DNA from: an uncultured archaeon
Lineage (GTDB): Archaea; Thermoproteota; Nitrososphaeria_A; Caldarchaeales; Calditenuaceae
Length of the DNA stretch: 64,000 nt
Direction: 5' to 3'
Assembly: GCA_937921685.1 (NCBI GenBank)
Contig: CAKZUF010000020.1
Location: forward strand, 52-64,051
A program made the translations under genes and the position numbers. How positions within the stretch are numbered: position 1 is the stretch's first letter; every line of letters starts with the position of its first letter. The notes beneath the pieces were generated by a model that saw nothing but the letters and a program-made list of their open reading frames with translations, made no database searches and was not told the origin of the DNA. Below, piece after piece: positions 10,439 through 18,189 of this stretch.

Positions 10439-10720
10439 ATGGCGGCCGAGATTGGAAGAATAGTGGTGAAGGTTGCGGGGCGCGACGCCGGTCTAAAAGG
10501 CGTTGTTGTGAACGTCGTAGGAGGCAACCGGGTACTAGTGACAGGGCCGCCGAGCCTCACAGGGCTCAGGAGGCGGAACGTAAACATCCTCCACATCCTG
10601 CCAACACAGTACAGAGTCGAGGTGAAGCGGGACGCGAGTGACGAGGAAGTTGTCAAGGCCCTCGAGGAGAGCGGGCTTATCGACTACATGAAGAGGAGGG
10701 CTGAGATATCAAGGTGGTAG
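10439..10720 (+). CDS. rpl14e: 50S ribosomal protein L14e
   Basis: KOW-type sequence 'EIGRIVVKVAGRDAGLKGVVV'. The start could instead be 10427. Confidence 0.8.
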   Translation: MAAEIGRIVVKVAGRDAGLKGVVVNVVGGNRVLVTGPPSLTGLRRRNVNILHILPTQYRVEVKRDASDEEVVKALEESGLIDYMKRRAEISRW

Positions 10721-11771
10721 GCATACTCTTGCGGCACAGCGTCACCCCTTGGCCCGCCGAGCGAGAATTCGTGACAATTAAGGAGGCGGAAACAGACCCT
10801 CGTTACGGTTCAAGACCTGAAGACCGCCCAATCCACGACCTCCTCAACTACGGCTACGTCCCCTTGGACAAGCCTCGCGGCCCCACCAGCGGCGAGATAA
10901 CCGAGCGGGTTAGAAGACTGCTGGGAGTTGAGAGGGCCGGGCACGGCGGGACCCTAGAGCCCCGATGGGTGGGGGAGATCCCGCGGTCTCCGGGCTGCTT
11001 CCAGTCCTACTAGGAAGCGCTACCAAAGCCTCCGCAGAAATCCACACCTACCCGAAGGAGTACGTCTGCCTACTTAGGCTCCACGGAGATGTCGACGACG
11101 ACGCCCTCGAATGGGGGCTCTCACAGTTCATTGGAGAGTTCTATCAGACTCCACCAGTAAGATCCAACGTGGCCAGACAGGTCAGGAAAAAGGAGCTGTT
11201 CGAGGCAGAGGTGCTGGAGAGGGATGGGCGAGACGTCCTCTTAAGAATGATCGTGAGCGGCGGCACATACGTCCGTAAGCTCTGCCACGACTTGGGACTG
11301 GTCTTGGGTGTTGGAGCCCACATGGTTGAGCTGAGGCGTGTACGGATAGGCCCTAAGTCCGAGAGGGAGGCGGTCACAATCCAGCAGCTCCAGCGCGCAG
11401 CCTGGCAGTTCAGGGAGTGCGGGGATGAGAAGGGACTGCGGAGCCTCATAAGACCCATCGAAGAGCTCCTCGAATACATACCTAGAATAGTAGTCCTCGA
11501 CTCCGCCGTCGACGCCATCTGCCATGGCGCACCCCTAGCCAAGCCCGGAGTCGCACAAGCCGAGACAAGAATATCCAGAGGCGCAACAATTGGAATCTAC
11601 ACACTCAAGGGCGAAATAGTCGCAATAGCCAAAGCACTAAAATCCACGGAAGAAATACTGAGAGAAGAAGGAATCATAGCTAAGACCGACAGAGTCTTCA
11701 TGACACGCGGCACCTATCCTCCAAGATGGGGGAAGGGAAAATCTAAAACAAGCCAGCACACAAGATATTAG
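10714..11771 (+). CDS. cbf5: tRNA/rRNA pseudouridine synthase Cbf5 (TruB family); the coding sequence is join(10714..10957,10978..11771), interrupted by a 20-nt BHB intron
   Basis: Two overlapping ORFs in different frames (10714..11013 and 10965..11771) together give the full Cbf5. Removing 20 nt restores the conserved 'GHGGTLDPAVSGLLPV' motif. Confidence 0.85.
10958..10977 (+). other. 20-nt bulge-helix-bulge (BHB) pre-mRNA intron in cbf5
   Basis: Outer helix GGGA(10948-51)/UCCC(10979-82); 3-nt bulges AGA/AGA; central helix CCCU(10952-55)/GGGG(10972-75). The exact boundary is ambiguous by +/-1 nt because of AG repeats. Confidence 0.7.
11736..11755 (+). promoter_or_regulatory. Candidate promoter element (A/T-rich TATA-like) for tRNA-Ser(GGA), lying inside the cbf5 3' end. 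It is duplicated at 42047..42066.
   Basis: The 20-nt sequence 'GGAAAATCTAAAACAAGCCA' occurs 19-20 nt upstream of both tRNA-Ser genes. Confidence 0.45.
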
Positions 11772-11774
11772 CGG

Positions 11775-11860
11775 GCCGGGGTGGCAGAGAGGTCAATGCG
11801 CAGGCCTGGAGAGCCTGTGGCCCAATTCGGGCCGCGAGGGTTCGAATCCCTCCCCCGGCG
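11775..11860 (+). tRNA. tRNA-Ser(GGA), class II, no encoded CCA
   Basis: Acceptor GCCGGGG/CCCCGGC, anticodon loop CUGGAGA, long variable arm GGCCC-AAUUC-GGGCC, T-loop TTCGAAT. Confidence 0.9.
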
Positions 11861-12195
11861 TAACATGTAATATGGCGGTGCAGGTTTAAACACTGATATC
11901 ATATTGGTTATGAGGGGTGGATATGGTCGGGACCTTCGATTCCTTTCTGGATTCAAGAGAGTGGCGGGCTATACCGCATATTTTCTCACTATGCATAAGT
12001 AGGCCGGGAGTGTGAATGGCTTTTGGGGGAGGGTCTCGCCAGCTGAGCAAGAATACGGTGTAGCCCTAAGACTGAAACGTGTGAATGGTTTTAGCCCAAA
12101 CATTGGTATAGGGGTTTTTAATACCGAGAAGCCTCGAAAACGGTTACGCGTCTCCTTACTCGAACGTATTTTAGGTTGAGGAAAGGGCTGCGTTT

Positions 12196-12636
12196 GTGGG
12201 GTTGGCTGACAGGGCCTCGCTCTACCTCGTCATGACACTTGCGTTGTTGGGTGCCGAGGAGGGTGTAGCATTCGCGAGGAAGGTTGGAGCAGACTTTTCG
12301 GACTGTGATTTAAAATCTCTAAAGGCTTCCAGCGTACGGATGGACTATGACCCGGTAACCCGTAGCCTGTTGCCGAAAGCCATATCTCAATTCTATCAAG
12401 AGGCAGGGTTCGAGGCTCTGGAAGAGCCGGACAGTCTTGTGACCATGTTCGCATTCATGGCGCAGCTTGCGAGACAGGGTGGCATAGACTCTCTAAAAAT
12501 ACAGCACAGATTTCTTAGAGTCCATCTAATCCCAACACTGGCTTATGCAGTAGAGGTATGCAAGGGATTGAAACCATTCCTACAGATAGTTTCAGAGGAT
12601 GCCGACGACCTCAAACAAATACTAACAAAAAAATAG
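12196..12636 (+). CDS. TorD/DmsD-family molybdoenzyme maturation chaperone (redox enzyme maturation protein)
   Basis: 146 aa. 'EEPDSLVTMFAFMAQL' matches the TorD 'EPxDH...EFM' core. It lies directly upstream of the Tat-dependent molybdoenzyme genes. Confidence 0.55.
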   Translation: MGLADRASLYLVMTLALLGAEEGVAFARKVGADFSDCDLKSLKASSVRMDYDPVTRSLLPKAISQFYQEAGFEALEEPDSLVTMFAFMAQLARQGGIDSLKIQHRFLRVHLIPTLAYAVEVCKGLKPFLQIVSEDADDLKQILTKK

Positions 12637-12662
12637 CATACATTGATGTAAAATTGCGTAAC

Positions 12663-12686
12663 TATACAAAATCATAAATTTGTATA
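12663..12686 (+). promoter_or_regulatory. Perfect 8-nt inverted repeat TATACAAA-N8-TTTGTATA in the A/T-rich leader of the molybdoenzyme operon; candidate operator overlapping the TATA region
   Basis: Seen directly in the sequence. A second inverted repeat, TTGTG-N3-CACAA, lies at 12698..12710. Confidence 0.35.
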
Positions 12687-12754
12687 AACTATAACTATTT
12701 GTGTGGCACAAGGTATTTAACACGGATTTACAAAGTCTTCTTGGTGCTAGATGA

Positions 12755-13471
12755 ATGAACAATAATCAGAATGATTGTTATAATTATGCTGTAACGCGGC
12801 GTGACTTTGTTAAAAAGCTGGTGGCCTCTGCTACTGTTTCACCCATAGTATTAGGGGGGTTCTCCGGGTCTGCTGAGGCGCGTGGTGGTCGCAGGTGGGC
12901 CATGTACATCGATGTTGCCAAGTGTTATGGCTGTATGGCTTGCGTGGCGGCATGTGCGGCTGAGAATAACGTGCCAATAGGATCTTTCAGGACTCGGGTG
13001 GAGAGACATACACTCTACGATGGTGTTACGGCATTTGTCCCAATGCAGTGTAACCACTGTGTAAACCCATCCTGCGTCGAGGCTTGCCCCACAGGTGCCA
13101 TGCACAAGGGTGAAGATGGCCTCATACTTCTAGATCCTAATCTCTGTATCGCGTGTGGCGCGTGTATTCAGGCCTGCCCCTACAAGGCTGTATTTTTCAA
13201 CCCCATCAAGGGCATTCCCGACAAATGTACATTCTGCAATCACAGGATATATCAGGGTAAACTACCAGCATGTGTGGAAGTTTGCCCGACTGGGGCCAGA
13301 GTGTTTGGGGACCTTAACGACCCCAACTCTGAAATAGCCAAAATCCTGGCTAGGACGCCGACGCAGAGGCTTGGGAGGGCTACCGGAAACGAGCCGCAGA
13401 TCTATTATAGAATGGCCACTGGGGTCGTGCCGGAGATATACTACTATAAAAGGGGGAGGGGGAGCGTATGA
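12755..13471 (+). CDS. Molybdoenzyme electron-transfer subunit with 4x[4Fe-4S] (DmsB/PsrB-like) and a Tat signal
   Basis: Twin-arginine motif 'TRRDFVKKLVASA' and four Cys clusters (CxxCxxCxxxC(P)). Its stop overlaps the start of the next gene (ATGA). Confidence 0.85.
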   Translation: MNNNQNDCYNYAVTRRDFVKKLVASATVSPIVLGGFSGSAEARGGRRWAMYIDVAKCYGCMACVAACAAENNVPIGSFRTRVERHTLYDGVTAFVPMQCNHCVNPSCVEACPTGAMHKGEDGLILLDPNLCIACGACIQACPYKAVFFNPIKGIPDKCTFCNHRIYQGKLPACVEVCPTGARVFGDLNDPNSEIAKILARTPTQRLGRATGNEPQIYYRMATGVVPEIYYYKRGRGSV

Positions 13472-16400
13472 GTGCGAAAATCGATAGGAGAGAGTGCATA
13501 AAGGGCGGCGTAGCAACGGCGTCGCTTGCGGCTCTCCTAGTGGGGAACTGGGAGGCTGTAGACAGAATCATAAGACCCAAGGGGGAAAACTACGGCCCAG
13601 ATCCGCTGTACGGCGAGAATGTCAGGTACGTAAATACGTCCTGTCTAGGTTGTAACGTTAGATGCGGCATCACGGCACGTGTAGTGAGATACGGCGACAC
13701 CGAAGTTGTGGAGAGGATTGAGGGCAATCCATACCATATCTACAACAGAGCAGTGTCTTTTGAGAAACAGACTGAGAGATACGCCCCCCTTCCATATCAC
13801 ACACCCATTAAGGAAGCGATAGAGAGGTGGAGCGGAACGATATGCGCTAGAGGTGTCGACGGCATACATTACGTTTACGACCCCTACAGAGTCATTAAGC
13901 CCTTGAGGAGGGCTGGCCCTAGGGGTAGCGGCAAGTGGAAAGTAATAACTTGGGACGAATTAATCAAATATGTAACCGATGGTTGCGAAATTCCGGAAAC
14001 TGGAGAAAAGCTACCTGGACTCAAGGAATTCTTCACCTATGGCAGGTTGAGAGACGCCGGTTTCGAAGACCCCAACAAAATACTGTCAGAGATGAAGAAA
14101 GACATTGATGCCATTATATCTGTGGCTAAAGATGGTAAAAAGACTTATGACGAGCTTGTGAAATCCATAGAAGATTTCAAAACCAAATGGAGTAAGATTC
14201 TAGGTGAGAAGGGGGTAAGACTTGAAGATATACTGATAGACCCGGACAGGCCTGAATTAGGTACCAAGGCCAACATGGTGGTTTGGCTTAGAGGTAGAGG
14301 TCAAGACAACGCAGATATATTCTACAGGAGGTGGTTGTTTGCTCTAGGAAGTGTCAACTGGGCAAGACATACCTCGTCATGTCAATTAGGTTACTATGCT
14401 GGCAACTACCTCTGGTCTGGCTACTACGACATAAATCCCGACCAGAGCGCCAAAGTTCTCATAATGGCTGGTACGGAGATGGCAAGGATTCACCCCGGGG
14501 CGACGGGTCAAGGTCTCCTTATAGAGAAAGCCGCCAACGGCGAGTTGAAAATCTACTGGGTCAACCCATTGGCTCCAAGGACTCCTGCTAGAGGCAACAT
14601 TATCTGGGTGCCGGTGAAGCCTGGTGAAGATGGTGCTCTGGCTTTCGCCATGATCAGGTGGATTCTGGAGAACAAGCGATATGATGAGGCACTCCACTCG
14701 GCGCCAAACGCAGAGGCTGCTAAGAAGCTAGGCTATCCATACAGCAGTAATGCCACCTGGCTAGTGATCGTGGAGGAGGGTCATCCAAGATTTGGCGAGT
14801 TTCTAAAAGCCAAAGACATAGGGCTGGAAGACTCCGACAAATACGTGGTGTGGACTGGTGAAGGGTTTGCAGTATACGACGCGGTTGACAAAGCTGAACT
14901 CCTCTTCGAAAGCCGTGTTACGTTGGCTACTGGAGAAGTTGTAACTGTGAAAACGCCGTTCAAGATCCTTTATGATGAATCCCTAAGTCATAGTTTTGAA
15001 GAATGGGTAGCAGTCGCAAGCCCCTACGAGCGCGGCACTCCGGAGTTTACAAACTATGCCAAGACTGTGGAAGCAATGATTAGGGACTTTGTGGATGCCG
15101 CACCCATGTCTGCAACGTATCTCCACAGGGGTGTCTCTATGCATCCAAACGGGGAATACATAGTTTGGGCATACAGGACTTTAGACATTCTTATCGGCAA
15201 CTTCCACAGGAAGGGAGGTTTGCTGGGGCGGCCATCCACGACGAGCTATAACTCGCACCTGTATGATCTCAGAGATTCTGGTTTTGGTCAGCCAGTGAGG
15301 TGGGGGCCACCGATAGACAGACACAAGTACAGCTATGAAGATACTCTAGAGTACTGGCTTAGAGTTAAGCAGGCTATAAAGGAGGGCAAGAGTGGTAAGG
15401 AAGCAGTCAAGGCCGCGTTTCCAACGAAGAGGCCTTGGTTCCCCAACACGCCTGAGGAGATATATTCAGAGTTATTTGCCGGGATTGCTGAAAGGTATCC
15501 ATACCCGATAGGTGTTTTGATACTCTTTTACGCAAACCCAGTCATATCTGCCAACTACGGCCTCAAGTTTGTTGAAGTGCTTAAAGACACCAAGAAACTA
15601 CCTCTGTTTATAGGAATTACAACGACGATAAACGAGACCTATCTATACGCCGACTTTATCGTGCCTGATACGACGTACTTGGAGACCGGGCTTAGCGGGG
15701 TCCAGTTCCTGTATGCGGGCGGGCTCGGATACGTCAGAGCCGAGTCGTGGCGTTCCCCCGTCATAATGCCTCTTACACAGCAGATAGGCACATGTCCAAA
15801 CGGACACCCAAGGTATGCCTCCATGTGGGAGTTCCTCATAGACGTGGCTAAGACTTTAAAGATGCCGGGCTACGGTGAAAAGGCGTTCCGAGGCGTCGCC
15901 GAGAAAAAGTATGAGGGGCAATGGTTTGCCATGCACTGTTTCTGGGAATACATCATGAGAGTATACGCCAACGGCGCGCTACATGCCAAAGACCTCAAAA
16001 TAATACCCGAGAACGTGCCGGACGAGGAGGTGCGGTTTGTGGAGAGGAACTACCCCATTGCACAGTTCAGAGACATACTGCCGCCAGAGGAGTGGAGGTA
16101 CGTTGCCTATGCACTCGCTAGGGGTGGCGTCTTTACGAGATATGAAGACTCTTTCGATGAGAAGGGTTGGTCAAAGAGGTCTGTGCCAGGAGATAAGATT
16201 CTCAAGCTTTGGAACGATAAGCTGGCTAAGACTCGGAATAGCGTTACTGGAGAGAAGTTCTATGGAGGGCCTAAATACTTCCCACCGGCAACCTATGCCC
16301 CCGCCGCTCAGGCGCCTGAGAAGAGGGACAAGTGGCTTCCAGGCACGCCCTTGAGACAGATCTACAGGAAGGAGGAGTGGCCGCTAACACACGTATTCAG

Positions 16401-17181
16401 CTCCGGGCCTCTATTCACAAAACACAGAAGCCAGTTCTACTACTGGCTGAAGCAAATGATGCCAGAGAACTTCGTGGTGCTGAATCCCTTGGACGCAGCT
16501 AAGGCCGGCGTAGAGACTGGAGACATTGTCAAGATGGAGACTCCTTGGGGGTCTCTAGAGGCTCCGGCAGTGGTATCTCCCCTAGTTGCGCCAGGAGTGC
16601 TGTATATTCCCTATGGGATGGGTAGGTGGGTTGAAACGGTTGTATCTAAGCCCAAATTTGAGGCGAGGGGTTTCGAGAACTTCACCCAAGAGCTTCCAGA
16701 AAAGGTGGAAATACCTGAAGAGGCTGTGAACCCTGTGAGACATCTGCCTGCGCTTGCGAAGAAAATATTGTTTACCAAGAGCCCGGCAGAGTATTATGAG
16801 GGTGGCCTATCAGTCGACAGGTGGAGATTCAGTGGTATCACATCAAATCCCATACAGGCTACAGATCCATCGCTGGACAACTGGCCGATGGTGAGTTGGA
16901 TAGGTGGAGGCCAAGCATACTTCGACACCCCGGCACGTGTAGTCAAGACTGGAAAGAGGCACGAATTCGAGGGGCTCAGCGTCGAGTTTCATGAATATCC
17001 ACTACCTGAACCACCAACTTCACAAATAGGCTTAAATCTCTGGAAGAGGTTCAAACATGAATTCACCAAACCATTCATCTATGCCGCATCGACTGTAGCC
17101 CTTATACTAGGGATAGCTCACATTGTGAAGGAGAGGAAGGCCAGAAAAGCCTCTATCAAGGAGGTGGAGAGAAATGGCTGA
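13468..17181 (+). CDS. Molybdopterin oxidoreductase catalytic subunit (DMSO reductase/CISM family), unusually long with a C-terminal TM helix; substrate unknown
   Basis: 1237 aa. Tat motif 'DRRECIKGGVATASLAALL', N-terminal FeS0 motif 'CLGCNVRCG', and a hydrophobic C-terminal segment 'FIYAASTVALILGIAHIV'. Confidence 0.75.
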   Translation: MSAKIDRRECIKGGVATASLAALLVGNWEAVDRIIRPKGENYGPDPLYGENVRYVNTSCLGCNVRCGITARVVRYGDTEVVERIEGNPYHIYNRAVSFEKQTERYAPLPYHTPIKEAIERWSGTICARGVDGIHYVYDPYRVIKPLRRAGPRGSGKWKVITWDELIKYVTDGCEIPETGEKLPGLKEFFTYGRLRDAGFEDPNKILSEMKKDIDAIISVAKDGKKTYDELVKSIEDFKTKWSKILGEKGVRLEDILIDPDRPELGTKANMVVWLRGRGQDNADIFYRRWLFALGSVNWARHTSSCQLGYYAGNYLWSGYYDINPDQSAKVLIMAGTEMARIHPGATGQGLLIEKAANGELKIYWVNPLAPRTPARGNIIWVPVKPGEDGALAFAMIRWILENKRYDEALHSAPNAEAAKKLGYPYSSNATWLVIVEEGHPRFGEFLKAKDIGLEDSDKYVVWTGEGFAVYDAVDKAELLFESRVTLATGEVVTVKTPFKILYDESLSHSFEEWVAVASPYERGTPEFTNYAKTVEAMIRDFVDAAPMSATYLHRGVSMHPNGEYIVWAYRTLDILIGNFHRKGGLLGRPSTTSYNSHLYDLRDSGFGQPVRWGPPIDRHKYSYEDTLEYWLRVKQAIKEGKSGKEAVKAAFPTKRPWFPNTPEEIYSELFAGIAERYPYPIGVLILFYANPVISANYGLKFVEVLKDTKKLPLFIGITTTINETYLYADFIVPDTTYLETGLSGVQFLYAGGLGYVRAESWRSPVIMPLTQQIGTCPNGHPRYASMWEFLIDVAKTLKMPGYGEKAFRGVAEKKYEGQWFAMHCFWEYIMRVYANGALHAKDLKIIPENVPDEEVRFVERNYPIAQFRDILPPEEWRYVAYALARGGVFTRYEDSFDEKGWSKRSVPGDKILKLWNDKLAKTRNSVTGEKFYGGPKYFPPATYAPAAQAPEKRDKWLPGTPLRQIYRKEEWPLTHVFSSGPLFTKHRSQFYYWLKQMMPENFVVLNPLDAAKAGVETGDIVKMETPWGSLEAPAVVSPLVAPGVLYIPYGMGRWVETVVSKPKFEARGFENFTQELPEKVEIPEEAVNPVRHLPALAKKILFTKSPAEYYEGGLSVDRWRFSGITSNPIQATDPSLDNWPMVSWIGGGQAYFDTPARVVKTGKRHEFEGLSVEFHEYPLPEPPTSQIGLNLWKRFKHEFTKPFIYAASTVALILGIAHIVKERKARKASIKEVERNG

Positions 17182-17839
17182 ACTAGAAAGGGTCGTCAGG
17201 TGGGATAGGCTCGCACGCGCGATACACTGGTTGTTTGTCGTAAGTGTCGGCATCGGAATAATAACAGGGTTGCCTACCTTAGATGGTGAAAGGTTTAATG
17301 CATTGATTTATCTGGTTGGAGGGCGAGAGCTACGGGCAGTTCTTCACCACTACTTCATTACAGCGGCGCTGAGCGCGGCTTTCGTCCTTATACTGATCAG
17401 GTTCGCTATAGTTGTCAGAAGGCCCCTTGAGGAGACTGGGGAAGAATGGGTACCTACAACCAAAGATTTCAAAGACTCACTAACAATAGCCCTGAACTGG
17501 CTCGGATTCAAAAGGCCGAGGCCGCCGATAGGATTCCACCACCCTCTAGAGAAATACTACATCCACATAATGCATCTTGGATTGCTGCTACTTGGTATAA
17601 GCGGGATACCGCTAGCATTCTTAGACGTAGGGCCGTACAGGTGGTTGCTCCTGCTGACCCACGACCTAGGACTGGTAATTCTGATACCTCCTCTCGTAGG
17701 ACACATAATGCTTGCTGTAAACCCTGTCAACTGGGAAACATTGAAAGCGGTATTTATCGATGGTAAAGTTTCAGTCGCGTGGGCTAAAAAACACCATCCA
17801 GCATGGAAGGTAACAATAACTACTAAAGAAGAAAAATAA
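17174..17839 (+). CDS. Di-haem cytochrome b membrane anchor (FdnI/HybB-like)
   Basis: 221 aa with about 5 TM helices and conserved His residues in the TM helices (HWLF, LHHYF, HIMHLG, VGHIM). It overlaps the catalytic subunit gene by 8 nt. Confidence 0.6.
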   Translation: MAELERVVRWDRLARAIHWLFVVSVGIGIITGLPTLDGERFNALIYLVGGRELRAVLHHYFITAALSAAFVLILIRFAIVVRRPLEETGEEWVPTTKDFKDSLTIALNWLGFKRPRPPIGFHHPLEKYYIHIMHLGLLLLGISGIPLAFLDVGPYRWLLLLTHDLGLVILIPPLVGHIMLAVNPVNWETLKAVFIDGKVSVAWAKKHHPAWKVTITTKEEK

Positions 17840-17985
17840 ACTAAAAGTTCAGCTGCAAAACAACGGTACACAACATATTTGGCAGAAGCGTGAGATTGCG
17901 CACTCCCAAAAACAGAAGAAGCCAATCCACCAAACCCCTGCCTATTTCCCCCAAACCCCCTCAACACCCATTTGTAACATAAAAA

Positions 17986-18078
17986 TGCGGCGGGCGGGAT
18001 TTGAACCCGCGACCCCCAGCGTGGCAGGCTTCCACGCAGCTTTGTGCTTGGTGTCCTACCAGGCTAGACTACCGCCGC
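17986..18078 (-). tRNA. tRNA-Gly(GCC) with a 19-nt intron (18030..18048) at non-canonical position 29/30; no encoded CCA
   Basis: Removing the intron gives a mature 74-nt tRNA: acceptor GCGGCGG/CCGCCGC, anticodon stem CCAGC/GCUGG, loop CUGCCAC, T-loop UUCAAAU. ORF 17985..18167 overlaps it and is spurious. Confidence 0.85.
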
Positions 18079-18103
18079 TTCAATGTTTGTGGGGTTTGGC
18101 CTG

Positions 18104-18111
18104 TATAAAAA
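18104..18111 (-). promoter_or_regulatory. TATA box (TTTTTATA on the minus strand) 26 nt upstream of tRNA-Gly
   Basis: The spacing and sequence fit a canonical archaeal promoter. Confidence 0.5.
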
Positions 18112-18189
18112 TTCTAGAGCTGGTTGGTGGTGCTGAGGGGTTGTCATGTTTATTTGTTTGGGGTTAATGGGGGTTTTCGGTGCTTGGGT

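Noticed and set aside
9772-10656. 294-aa extended ORF for cytidylate kinase
   Set aside because: The N-terminal 100 aa are Thr/Pro/Ser-rich low-complexity sequence. They overlap the L14e gene and its promoter on the opposite strand. Starting at the GTG near 10347 gives a canonical ~190-aa archaeal Cmk.
10714-11013. cbf5 interpreted as a frameshifted pseudogene (two overlapping ORFs)
   Set aside because: The 20-nt insert is flanked by a textbook BHB motif and its removal restores the conserved TruB motif. This matches the known crenarchaeal cbf5 intron, so it is called as a spliced functional gene.
11768-11956. 62-aa minus-strand ORF overlapping tRNA-Ser(GGA)
   Set aside because: It is antisense to a well-formed class II tRNA and has a low-complexity Pro/Arg-rich translation, so it is spurious. 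The same applies to 42032..42259 and 41867..42067 around tRNA-Ser(UGA).
17985-18167. 60-aa plus-strand ORF 'MRRAGFEPATPSVAGF...'
   Set aside because: It is the reverse complement of the tRNA-Gly gene; 'GFEP' is the classic antisense translation of a T-arm. It is a spurious ORF.
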